Source: Planctomycetota bacterium (lineage in GTDB: Bacteria > Planctomycetota > MHYJ01 > WSZJ01). Taken from it: DNA of 64,000 bases. The position numbers and the translations under genes were made by a program. Below the pieces are notes generated by a model. That model was not told the origin of the DNA, did not search any database, and was given only the letters and a program-made list of their open reading frames with translations. This document shows, one piece after another, positions 19,811 to 28,762 of the stretch (the first letter of the stretch is position 1; the number at the start of each line of letters is the position of its first letter). Location: NCBI GenBank assembly GCA_016190145.1, contig JACPRD010000130.1, positions 6,528 through 70,527 of the forward strand. The letters are read 5' to 3'.

Positions 19811-21204
19811 CGCGAGAACACCGCCATCTGGGTAGGCGCGCCGACGACGGCGTCCTCGGGGCCGACCGGAAGAATCCGAACTTGATACCCGGCACGGCTG
19901 GCGACACGTTCCGCCCACGCTCTGAAATCAACGCGCGACCATTCGAACCGGTGGTCCTTGTGACGAAACTGGCCGGCAGGAAGCGTCTCGAACTTCACGT
20001 TGTAGTCCGAGTTCGGCGTCGTGAGGACTACGAACCTGGGCTTCGCGTGCTCGAACAGCACGCGCTCGAACGCGTCGAGGCGACCCGGGTCCAGATGTTC
20101 CACGACCTCGATCAGTGCCGCGGCGTCGAACCCCTCGAGACGCTTGTCGCGATAGGTCAGCGATCCCTGGATGAGCTGCAGGCGCGCCTTCTGGATGTCC
20201 GGCATCCGCTCGAGCTTGAGCTTGTCACTCGCGAACTCGAGCGCGCGATGCGAGACGTCCATCCCCAGCACGCGCTCGAAGGTCTTGTCGGCCAGCAGGT
20301 CTCTGAGAAGACGGCCCTCGCCGCATCCGAGGTCCATGACGCTTTTCGCGCCCACTTCTCGAAGCACGGCGACGACTGCCCCCATCCGATGATCGTGAAG
20401 CCGGATCTTCTCTTCCAGCCCAGCTTCCTGCCTTGCCTGATTCTCCCGTGTCGATTCCAGTTCTTCGAGATCGTCGTCCACCAGCCGGGACAACGCGTCG
20501 CGACACAGGTCCCGCCGGTGCTTGAGGTAGCGACGGGCAATCGCGTCCTTCTCCGGATGCCCCGCCAGCCAGCCCTCGCCATGACGAAGCAGTTTCTCGA
20601 CCTCGTCCTCACCGACCCAGTAGTGCTTTGAGTTGTCCAGCACCGGAACCAGCACGTAGAGGTGGCTCAGCAGCTCTTGGAGCATGCGCGTGCCCTGGAG
20701 GTGGAGCGTGAAGTACACACTGTCGCCCCATTCCGGAAAGGTCGGGTCGAGGGAGTGCGGTTCGACGCTGACACGATAGCCGAGCGGCTCGAAGAGAGAC
20801 CGCAGGAACGCCTCGCCGCCGCGGCAGGGGATGACCGAGAGCGTGGCTTCAAGTTTCAGGGGCTTTGACGCCAGCTCCGGCCTCTCCTTGCTTCGCCCGG
20901 CGAGCGCGGAGCCGAAGATCTGCGCGATCGCGACGCTCAGGAACGAAGAAGCAACGTAGGGCCGATCATTCACGTACTGGTCGAGCGAGTGGCCTTCGCC
21001 GCTGCCGGGCTTCCCCCGCACGAGGCCGATCGGGTCGATCTCGAGCAGGAGCGCTGCCGTGCAGCGCTGCTCCGCCGCTTCGGGGTAGAAGACGTGCGCT
21101 TTGCCGAATGAAAGGTCGAAGGACTGCGCGCGAGCAGGATTCTTGTGAAGGAGAAACCCCAGATCCGTGGCTGGAAACGTGGAAGTGGTGATGGTGAGCA
21201 ACAT
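19807..21204 (-). CDS. hen1: RNA 3'-terminal ribose 2'-O-methyltransferase Hen1
   Basis: 465-aa ORF. N-terminus MLLTITTSTFPATDLGFLLHKNPAR is typical of bacterial Hen1. C-terminal SAM motif VMDLGCGEGRLL. Immediately upstream of, and coupled to, pnkp. Confidence 0.85.
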   Translation of the reverse strand: MLLTITTSTFPATDLGFLLHKNPARAQSFDLSFGKAHVFYPEAAEQRCTAALLLEIDPIGLVRGKPGSGEGHSLDQYVNDRPYVASSFLSVAIAQIFGSALAGRSKERPELASKPLKLEATLSVIPCRGGEAFLRSLFEPLGYRVSVEPHSLDPTFPEWGDSVYFTLHLQGTRMLQELLSHLYVLVPVLDNSKHYWVGEDEVEKLLRHGEGWLAGHPEKDAIARRYLKHRRDLCRDALSRLVDDDLEELESTRENQARQEAGLEEKIRLHDHRMGAVVAVLREVGAKSVMDLGCGEGRLLRDLLADKTFERVLGMDVSHRALEFASDKLKLERMPDIQKARLQLIQGSLTYRDKRLEGFDAAALIEVVEHLDPGRLDAFERVLFEHAKPRFVVLTTPNSDYNVKFETLPAGQFRHKDHRFEWSRVDFRAWAERVASRAGYQVRILPVGPEDAVVGAPTQMAVFSR

Positions 21205-21450
21205 GGGGGCAGAGTGTAATCGAGCGAGACTGTATTACGGTTCAGACCTTCCGGGTCGAGCAACGTCGAATGCGTGTCTGGCCTGTTCGATCGGAAGCTC
21301 TGGCGGAGGCGGGCGCGCGGGGATTCGAGTCCGTCCCACACTCGGCCAGAGTCGCGGCGAGGAGCGTCGCGAAGACACAGGAAGACCGGGGAATCATGTC
21401 GGGGATGAACGATGCGGCTATTTGGAAGTTCTCGACGAACTGCGGGGGAA

Positions 21451-21963
21451 TCAGGCCTTGCCCCGCGCTTTGCCAGCGCGCGCCTTCTTCGCCGCCGGCT
21501 TCCCCTTCTTTCTGCCCGCCAGCATCCCCTCGACCGCCGCGACGTACTTCTTCGCGGGCACCCGCCGGATCGCCTTCCCGATGACGTCGAGCGGAATGTC
21601 CTCGACGCTCGTGAACCGGATGCAGGCCTTGCCCATGTCGAGCTTCTTGCCCGATTTCGCCCAGGCCTCGCGGAACCACGCGGCCTCGCCGGCGTTGCCG
21701 TAGACGGACATGAGGTAGAGAGACAGGTAGTTTTTCTGGGAAGCGAGCATGGCGAACCCGAGGGGCTGCTTCGGGTCGCAGTGGTATCCGGCGGGATAGA
21801 CGCGGTGCGGCACGTAGTAGCAGATCATGCCGTACTGCATTCCCTCCTCGTAGTCCTTGTCGAGGTTGGCGAGGATCAGCTTGCGGACGGCCTCGAGCGC
21901 CTTGCGCCGGTCGGCAGGAAGCGCGGCGAGGTAGGCGGCGACGGTCTTCGCGGACGAAGGCAT
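21451..21963 (-). CDS. DUF1801 (YdhG-like) domain protein with Lys-rich tail
   Basis: C-terminal part of ORF 21451..24723 from ATG 21963 (MPSSAKTVAAYLAALPADRRKALEAVRKLI...). The upstream part of that ORF is an out-of-frame shadow of the molybdoenzyme gene. Confidence 0.65.
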   Translation of the reverse strand: MPSSAKTVAAYLAALPADRRKALEAVRKLILANLDKDYEEGMQYGMICYYVPHRVYPAGYHCDPKQPLGFAMLASQKNYLSLYLMSVYGNAGEAAWFREAWAKSGKKLDMGKACIRFTSVEDIPLDVIGKAIRRVPAKKYVAAVEGMLAGRKKGKPAAKKARAGKARGKA

Positions 21964-21974
21964 GGGCAGGGCTC

Positions 21975-24803
21975 CTATTCGGGGGGCCTCTTCTCGATAA
22001 CGAAGGCCTCCTTCGCGGGAGAATACGGCCGCGGCAGCCAGAGCGGCCGACGGAGCCCGCCGGGGCCGGGCGCGGGGCGGACCTTCTCCATCCACTTCCG
22101 GTAGACCTCCATCGACTTCGCAGTGTCGACGAAGACGTCGCCGTAGCGGTCGCCGGCGGCCGGCTTCTCCACGCGCACTTTCTGGTGCCAGCAGTGCTGG
22201 CCGGAGATCGGGTCGGGCTGGACGGGGAAGGTGAGGTTCTGGTGGACGCCGGCGTCCTCCCAGTTGATGCGTTCGGAGTCGGGGTCGGAGGACTTGAAGG
22301 GGCGGATGCCGTGGAGCGTGCGCATCAGCCATTTGCCGGGGGAGGTCTGCCGGAGGTCGACGAGGGCGGTGGACCAGCGCTCGCCGCCGGTGTCTTCGAA
22401 GAGGCGCCAGCGGCCGAGGTGGTGGGAGCAGGCGAGGATGCCGGGGCGGATGGACTCGGTGGCCCAGACTTTGTCGATGAACCAGCCGATCTCGGTGTGG
22501 ACCTTGAGGAGGTCGCCGGTCGTGACGCCGAAGCGGGCGGCGTCCTTCGGGTGGAGCCAGAGCGGGTTGTTGTGGGAGATTTCGTAGAGCCATTTCGCGT
22601 TGCCCGAGCGGGTGTGGATGAGCGTGGGGAGGCGGAAGGTGGGGAGGAGGAGCATCTCGCCTCTGGCGATGTCGAAATTCGAGGGGTGGACGTGGCTCCG
22701 GATGTAGCCGGGGGTCGCGTGCTCGGGCCATTTCCAGTCCTTGAGCGTGCGCGACCAGAATTCGAGGCGGCGGGTCGGCGTGGGGAATCCGGCCACAGGG
22801 ACGCCGTCGATCTCGACGCCGAGCGGCGCGCCGTTTTTGGTGACGACCTTCGTCGCGGGGTCGGTCGCCGCGCCCTCGAGCTGCGCCGGCGTCAGCGGCT
22901 TCTCGTGCGAACGGTGCACCGCGCCTTCGACCTGGAACGCGCCGTGGCGGCGCATGTACTCGAGCGGCGTGAGGTTTTCTTTCTTCGCCGCCTCCGGCAG
23001 CCCCGGCACGCTGTTCTCGAAGATCCAGCGGTAGAACTCCTCGATCCGCAGCTTCTCGCCCGGCCGGTACGGCGACTCGAAATACTTCCGGATCCCCAGC
23101 GACCCGTCGGGGTCGATCCGCCACGACAGCTCGATCCAGAATTCGTCCTCTTCCCAGATCTCGCCCAGGCCCGCCTCGCGGTGCGCTTCCCACGTCGTCT
23201 CGAACTTCTTCCCCTGCCGCTCGAGCACGACGCGCAGGACGGGCTGGCGGAATCCGATCCAGCGCGCGTTGTGGGTCTCCTGGCTCATGAGGTCGTGGCG
23301 TTCGGAAGCATGGCCCATCGGGAGGATCCAGTCGGCGTACCAGGCGGTTTCGCTCCAGGTGGGGGTGAGGCAGGCGTGGCACTCGACCTTCGACTCGTCG
23401 GTGAGCATTTCGAGCCACGAGAGGCCGTCGGGGTTGGTCCAGACGGGGTTGTAGACGCGGGTGAAGTACGCGGCGAGCTTGCCGCGGCCTTCCTTGAGGA
23501 AATGCGGCAGCAGGAACGACATCTCGAAAAACGCGAGCGGGAACTCGCGCGGGTAGAGCAGCTCGCTCCAGACTTTCGACGGCGGAGGCATCGACGGCGG
23601 CTTCGGGATGAACTTGTTCCACGCGTTGGGCGTCGTGCCCCCCGGCGTGCCGACCGCGCCCGCGAGCACGACCAGGAACTCGAGGCAGCGCGCGATCTGC
23701 CACCCGCCCAGGTTCCCCGCGGCGCCGTTCCGCCAGACGTGCGTCGCGAATCCCGAGCCCGCGCGGCCGATCTCGCGCGCGACCTGCCGCACCATGTCCG
23801 CCGCGACCCCCGACTCCTTCTCCGCGAACTCCGGCGTGAACGAGGCGTACATCTCGCGGAGCGCCGCCTCGAACTCCTCGAACGTCCCCGGCCGCCCCGG
23901 CCGCTCCTCCCGCAGGTACTCCTCCCAGTTCACCCACCGACGCACGAACTCCCGGTCGTACAGATTCTCCTCCAGCATCACGTGCGCCATCGCGAGAAGC
24001 AGCGCCGACTCCGTCCCCGGCCAGGTCGAGAGCCACCAGTCGGCCATGGAAGCGGTGTTCGAGAGCCGCGTGTCGATCACGCACAGCTTCGCGCCCTTCT
24101 CCTTCGCTTCCATGATCCGCTGCGCGTGCGGATTGAAGTAGTGCCCCGTCTCGAGGTGCGACGACATGAGCAGCATGAACCGGGAGTTCGCATGGTCCGG
24201 CGACGGCCGGTCGATCCCCATCCAGAACGCGTACCCCGCCCGCGCCCCCGCGCTGCAGACGTTCGTGTGCGAATTGTGCGCGTCCACACCCCACGCGTGC
24301 ATCACCCGCTGGTGATAAACCAGCTCGTGCCCCGGCCGCCCCACGTGGTACATCACCTCGTTCTGCCGCCCCTCCACCAGCGCCTTCCGGATCCGCCCCG
24401 CCAGGTCGTCCAGCGCCTCGCCCCAGCTCGCCCGCACCCACTTCCCTTCCCCGCGCTTCCCCGCCCGCTTCAGCGGATGCCGGATCCGCTCCGGGTCGTA
24501 CACCTGGTTCAGCGTCGCCGGCCCCTTTGCACAGTTCCGCCCGCGACTCCCCGGATGCTCCGGATTCCCCTCGAACTTCCTGATCTGAAGCGTCTTCGGG
24601 TCCACATACGAAATCAGCCCGCACGCCGCCTCGCAGTTGAAACAGATCGTCGGCACGATCGTGTACCGCCGCTCGACCTTCTTCGGCCACGCCTCCGCGT
24701 CGAACTCCACCCAGTCGTCCCACTTCGCGAACGGCGGAAAGCTGGCGAGCCCCCCGGGCGGGGGATCGAGGTCGCGTGCGGCGGGGTGAAGGGGTTCGTT
24801 CAT
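21975..24803 (-). CDS. molybdopterin-dependent oxidoreductase catalytic subunit (Psr/Phs/Ttr-like complex iron-sulfur molybdoenzyme family)
   Basis: ORF 21975..25454 trimmed to ATG 24803 (MNEPLHPAARD...). N-terminal FeS motif CFNCEAACG. Long MopB-like body. No twin-arginine motif visible in the N-terminus. Confidence 0.8.
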   Translation of the reverse strand: MNEPLHPAARDLDPPPGGLASFPPFAKWDDWVEFDAEAWPKKVERRYTIVPTICFNCEAACGLISYVDPKTLQIRKFEGNPEHPGSRGRNCAKGPATLNQVYDPERIRHPLKRAGKRGEGKWVRASWGEALDDLAGRIRKALVEGRQNEVMYHVGRPGHELVYHQRVMHAWGVDAHNSHTNVCSAGARAGYAFWMGIDRPSPDHANSRFMLLMSSHLETGHYFNPHAQRIMEAKEKGAKLCVIDTRLSNTASMADWWLSTWPGTESALLLAMAHVMLEENLYDREFVRRWVNWEEYLREERPGRPGTFEEFEAALREMYASFTPEFAEKESGVAADMVRQVAREIGRAGSGFATHVWRNGAAGNLGGWQIARCLEFLVVLAGAVGTPGGTTPNAWNKFIPKPPSMPPPSKVWSELLYPREFPLAFFEMSFLLPHFLKEGRGKLAAYFTRVYNPVWTNPDGLSWLEMLTDESKVECHACLTPTWSETAWYADWILPMGHASERHDLMSQETHNARWIGFRQPVLRVVLERQGKKFETTWEAHREAGLGEIWEEDEFWIELSWRIDPDGSLGIRKYFESPYRPGEKLRIEEFYRWIFENSVPGLPEAAKKENLTPLEYMRRHGAFQVEGAVHRSHEKPLTPAQLEGAATDPATKVVTKNGAPLGVEIDGVPVAGFPTPTRRLEFWSRTLKDWKWPEHATPGYIRSHVHPSNFDIARGEMLLLPTFRLPTLIHTRSGNAKWLYEISHNNPLWLHPKDAARFGVTTGDLLKVHTEIGWFIDKVWATESIRPGILACSHHLGRWRLFEDTGGERWSTALVDLRQTSPGKWLMRTLHGIRPFKSSDPDSERINWEDAGVHQNLTFPVQPDPISGQHCWHQKVRVEKPAAGDRYGDVFVDTAKSMEVYRKWMEKVRPAPGPGGLRRPLWLPRPYSPAKEAFVIEKRPPE

Positions 24804-24805
24804 GG

Positions 24806-26377
24806 TCAGCTCAACGGGGGCGCCTGGCCGGCCTTGATCCAGAGGTGCTCGTAGATGTAGAGGCCGGCGAGGGCGAGGAGGGAAGCGGCCGCTTCGACGA
24901 TCGTGTCTTGACGGAATGTGGCGATCAAGAAGATCGGACCCAGGTGCCCGGCGAGGACGACGCCCAACCAGAAGGGAATCCTCCAGCGACCGCGGGTCAG
25001 CATGCAGGCCGCCCGGTGTGAGTCCGTCGAACCGTGAGGGACGAGAAATTCGCCGGCGAGGACGACAAGGCCGGCCATGAGGAACAGCACGAGCATCCCA
25101 CGAACGGATTGTCCGATAACCCGCTCCATCGAGACGTAGATGCAGCGCGTCATGGCGACCGATTCTCCGGAATCCACAATGAGTGCGAAGGCCATGAGTG
25201 ATGCTGTCCCCGCGATCCCTGCCGCGACGACAAGCTGGCCGAGGAGAAGAGGGCTCCGCCAGAAGGCCCGGCCATTCGCCTGACCGAACAGGAAGGCCGA
25301 GTAACCGGCGGCGCCGACGGAGGCAATGAAGGTGGGCCACGCGAGCATCCTGATCCAGTCTGGCTGGCCGAAAGCGCCCGCCGCGAGCCACGCGAGCGTC
25401 AACGCACCAAAAACCATCAGGACGATCGTCCCCCAGACGAGCCACGATCGCCAATTCGGCCTAAGCAGGATCAGGTAGAAACGTTCCGGTCTCTTGAGAT
25501 CGGCGATGAGTAGGAGTGCCGTGATCGCTGTGAATGCGAGCGCGATCGCCGGAGCCACTAGTGTGCTCACGAAACTCAGGCCATCGGGATTGAGGATGGC
25601 CTCTCCGGCCACAATCATCATCACCCCCGCCGCGATCGACTTCGTCCACAGGTAGGCCGCGACTTTCCAGCCCCACGGCGCGCGGTTTTTCGGCGTGTCG
25701 TAGACGGTGCGCGCCATGGCGTCGACGGGGTTGTGGTCGCGGGCCTGCGAGCGGGCGAACTCGGCTTCGGAGGCCGTCGGCGTCGACCACATCTGCTGGC
25801 TTTCGGCCTGCGTCATCGAGGGCGTGAGCGTCGCGGCGTCGGCGCCGAGGTAGAAGACCTTGGGCTGGGTGCCCTGCTCGGGCTTGCGGACCTGGACTTC
25901 CTTTTTCGCGACGAGCTTCGCGATCCGGCTCGCGGGGTCGTCGAGGTCGCCCGTGATGATCGCCTGCTCGGGACACACGATCACGCACGCGGGCTCGAGG
26001 CCGACCTCGACGCGGTGCGCGCAGAAGTTGCACTTGGCCGCGGTGTCGGTCGCGGGGTCGATGTAGAGCGCGTCGTACGGGCACGCCTGCATGCACGCCT
26101 TGCAGCCGATGCAGGCGTCGCGGTCGAAGTCGACGATGCCGTTATTGCGGCGGAATAGCGCCGAGGTGGGGCAGATCTCGATGCAGGGCGCGTTGTCGCA
26201 GTGGTTGCAGCGCAGAACCGCAAAATGCCGGGACGTGTCGGGGAAATGGCCCTTCTCCACGTACTTCACCCACGTCCGAAACGTCCCGAGCGGGACGTTG
26301 TTCTCTTCCTTGCAGGCGACGGTGCAGGCGTGGCAGCCGATGCAGCGGTTCTGATCGAGAACGAAACCGTAGCGCAT
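24806..26377 (-). CDS. 4Fe-4S ferredoxin subunit (NrfC/DmsB-like) fused to NrfD/PsrC-like membrane subunit
   Basis: ORF 24806..26512 trimmed to ATG 26377, preceded by GGAGGGG. Contains CIGCHACTVAC, CNHCDNAPC, CIGCKACMQACP and CNFC...CVIVCP clusters. About 8 hydrophobic helices follow. Confidence 0.75.
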   Translation of the reverse strand: MRYGFVLDQNRCIGCHACTVACKEENNVPLGTFRTWVKYVEKGHFPDTSRHFAVLRCNHCDNAPCIEICPTSALFRRNNGIVDFDRDACIGCKACMQACPYDALYIDPATDTAAKCNFCAHRVEVGLEPACVIVCPEQAIITGDLDDPASRIAKLVAKKEVQVRKPEQGTQPKVFYLGADAATLTPSMTQAESQQMWSTPTASEAEFARSQARDHNPVDAMARTVYDTPKNRAPWGWKVAAYLWTKSIAAGVMMIVAGEAILNPDGLSFVSTLVAPAIALAFTAITALLLIADLKRPERFYLILLRPNWRSWLVWGTIVLMVFGALTLAWLAAGAFGQPDWIRMLAWPTFIASVGAAGYSAFLFGQANGRAFWRSPLLLGQLVVAAGIAGTASLMAFALIVDSGESVAMTRCIYVSMERVIGQSVRGMLVLFLMAGLVVLAGEFLVPHGSTDSHRAACMLTRGRWRIPFWLGVVLAGHLGPIFLIATFRQDTIVEAAASLLALAGLYIYEHLWIKAGQAPPLS

Positions 26378-26594
26378 CGCTCCGCCGCCCCCCTCCGTGG
26401 ATTCGCTCCAGAGGGTGCCAGCGCGTCGGGCCGGCGTCCACGATTTCGTACCCGGAGAGTCCTGTTTCCGGCCCACATCCCGAACAAAAATCGGCGGGCG
26501 GGGGAACCGCATCGCGGGCGCGTCGGCACTGTCGCATAGCGCGCGCGCCCCTTCACCTGCTTCACGAATCGTGCGGTTCCCCGCCGGCCGGGAA

Positions 26595-27704
26595 TTACCG
26601 GATCTCCCACTCGAAGCCCAGGTCGTCCTTCAATGCGTTCAGCCACGCGAGCCGGTTCTCGGCCGACGGCTCGATGCCTTCCTTTCCGAACTTCGCCTCC
26701 GCGAGGTTTTCGGCGATCGTGCGCTCGTAGCCCTGGCGCAGTTCGGCGAACCGCCGGAGCTCGCCCGCCAGGTGGTCGCGGCGGCGCCGCTGGTCCTTCG
26801 TGAGCCCTTCGCCCAGCGCGCGAAGCTCTTCGATCTCCGCCGCCCACGCGGCGGCGTCGCCGAAGGCCTGCGAGTGGACGGCGTCCTGCAGAAGGAGCAT
26901 GTTGAGAAGCGCGGAGTTCAGGCACTCGTGGACGCGGGGGAGGCTGACCCAGACGAGGGAAGCGCTGCGGCGGCGCAGGGGTCCCTCGACGCCGGTCCAG
27001 TCGTCGCGCCAGCGGTTGTACCAGGCGCGGGGGTCGGAGGCGTCGAACGTGCCCGCGCCCGGCGCGGGGGGGCGGACTTTCATGAGGCCGCTGAAGAGTT
27101 CGGCGGCGGCGTCGGCGCCGTCGCGGAGCAGGGCGGCCTCCTCGGCGCGGTCGCGCTCGGCGTCTTCGGGGGAGCCGACTTCGAGGAAGCAGCTGCCGGA
27201 CTGTTTCTTTCCGATGCAGCGGCCGCCGTTGGCCTTGATTTCCTTCATGAACTGCTCGTACTTCTCGGGGTTGTCCTTCTTGTACTTCGCCTGGAATTCC
27301 GGGTTGTTGACCAGGCACTGCGCGATGTCCTCGTGAGACTGAAGCGTATCCTGCATTCCCTTCGACTGGTCCTCGAACTCGAACTCAACGATGACGGGGT
27401 AGCGGCCGGGGGGGAAGTGCTGTTCCCAGGGGCCGATTTCGGCCATGAAGAGCCGTTTGGAGACGCGGACCTGGACGGACTTGAGGTAGGTTTCGACGTT
27501 GGGGTGGCGGATGCCGACGCGAAGGAGGGTCCCGTCGGGGTAGTGGGCGTGTCCCTCGACGTAGACCATGGCGAACTCGCCCTTGCCGCGCTGGACCTTC
27601 TTCAGGCCGGCCTTGAGCTCGAACTTGTACCCGTCATGGGCGCGCGCGGCCTGTGAAAACAAAAACACCATGGCCGCGGCGGCCGCCGGAATGAGGCGCC
27701 GCAT
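26595..27704 (-). CDS. secreted protein, unknown function
   Basis: 369-aa ORF with signal peptide MRRLIPAAAAAMVFLFSQAARA and high GC3. Confidence 0.55.
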   Translation of the reverse strand: MRRLIPAAAAAMVFLFSQAARAHDGYKFELKAGLKKVQRGKGEFAMVYVEGHAHYPDGTLLRVGIRHPNVETYLKSVQVRVSKRLFMAEIGPWEQHFPPGRYPVIVEFEFEDQSKGMQDTLQSHEDIAQCLVNNPEFQAKYKKDNPEKYEQFMKEIKANGGRCIGKKQSGSCFLEVGSPEDAERDRAEEAALLRDGADAAAELFSGLMKVRPPAPGAGTFDASDPRAWYNRWRDDWTGVEGPLRRRSASLVWVSLPRVHECLNSALLNMLLLQDAVHSQAFGDAAAWAAEIEELRALGEGLTKDQRRRRDHLAGELRRFAELRQGYERTIAENLAEAKFGKEGIEPSAENRLAWLNALKDDLGFEWEIR

Positions 27705-27900
27705 GGTTATCCGTCCTTGCGTGCGTGTTGCGCGACAGTTCGCGTGGACACGGATGCAAGAAGGGTGCCGCGCGCGGCGCCGCGGCGCGATCGACGCAAG
27801 TCGAGACGGGAAAGGAGGCTCCGCGATCCGTCACCGGCGGGTGACGCGGCGTGGAGCGTTTCCCCCGGCGCTCATGTGCAGTCCCGGTAACGGACGCGCC

Positions 27901-27932
27901 AAAAAAAGAGGCCGCGCCCCGAAAGCGCGGCC
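27901..27932 (-). terminator. rho-independent terminator
   Basis: On the minus strand: GGCCGCGC-TTTCGGG-GCGCGGCC followed by TC and TTTTTTT. Lies 24 nt downstream of the stop at 27956. Confidence 0.65.
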
Positions 27933-27955
27933 CCTGTATCGCAACGGCAATCCGA

Positions 27956-28750
27956 CTAGTCGTCGTCGTCCCCCGTCGAAGGCGTGCTCTCCGACGGCAG
28001 CGACGACCTCGTCCGGAACGGCTTGGCATACCCGCACTCCGCCGCCACCTTCGCCTCCGCGGTCACGAGCGCCTGCCACAGCCGCCGGTCGGACGACACC
28101 AGCCGCAGCAGTTCCTCCGTCTTCACGGAGCCCGGAAACATCCCGGAACCCCGGTTTTTCTTCTTCAGCTCCTGCCACTCCCCCTTCACGGACCTCCACA
28201 GCTCCTGCTCCCTCGCGCTCCGACCCGCAATGCCGGTGTCGATCTCAGTCTCGAGCGCCGAGTACTGCCTGCCCTCCATCTCGACGCGGATCGCCTCCAT
28301 CTCCTTGATGTCCTTGGCCGCCGCGGCGCCGGCCACTCCGACCACGCCGGCCGCGAACACGAAGAAGAGGACGAAGGCCACGCAGGCGAGAAGTCCCAGC
28401 AGCACGTTGATCGCCGCGATCCAGAACGCGAGCTGCGACTGCGACAGCCCGTTCGGGTTGTAGCGACCTTCGCGGCACCCCCGGATGTCCGAACGCGCGA
28501 TGAACATCGCCGGAAGGCTGAGAAGCGGCCCGCCGAGCACCCACGCGGCCGCTGCGAGGATGATCGCCAGCGGCGAAACGTCGGGAAGCACCATTCCCCC
28601 CTGGAAAGGAGGAGGCGAGTAGCTCGCCGGGCTCGGCATCGACACCACGGGCGGCGGCGGCGCGGAGGATGCCCCGCCCGACGCCCCGCACTTCGGACAC
28701 GACGCCGACCCCGCCGCCAGCGCGGAGCCGCAACTCGGACAGAAAGCCAT
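27956..28750 (-). CDS. zinc-ribbon membrane protein (DUF4190-like) with C-terminal coiled region
   Basis: 264-aa ORF. N-terminus CPSCG...CPKCG, Pro-rich linker, two or three TM helices, acidic tail. Confidence 0.55.
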   Translation of the reverse strand: MAFCPSCGSALAAGSASCPKCGASGGASSAPPPPVVSMPSPASYSPPPFQGGMVLPDVSPLAIILAAAAWVLGGPLLSLPAMFIARSDIRGCREGRYNPNGLSQSQLAFWIAAINVLLGLLACVAFVLFFVFAAGVVGVAGAAAAKDIKEMEAIRVEMEGRQYSALETEIDTGIAGRSAREQELWRSVKGEWQELKKKNRGSGMFPGSVKTEELLRLVSSDRRLWQALVTAEAKVAAECGYAKPFRTRSSLPSESTPSTGDDDD

Positions 28751-28762
28751 GGTCCCTCCCCC

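Noticed and set aside
21319-21337. T-arm-like string GGGGATTCGAGTCCGTCCC upstream of hen1 (possible tRNA fragment or att site)
   Set aside because: The flanks cannot form a 5-bp T stem or an acceptor stem, and no anticodon arm is present. Likely a chance resemblance.
13046-21450. Calling the tRNA array / hen1-pnkp region a prophage, ICE or genomic island
   Set aside because: The window contains no integrase, transposase, phage structural gene or flanking direct repeat. GC content looks like the surroundings. Mobility cannot be claimed from this sequence.
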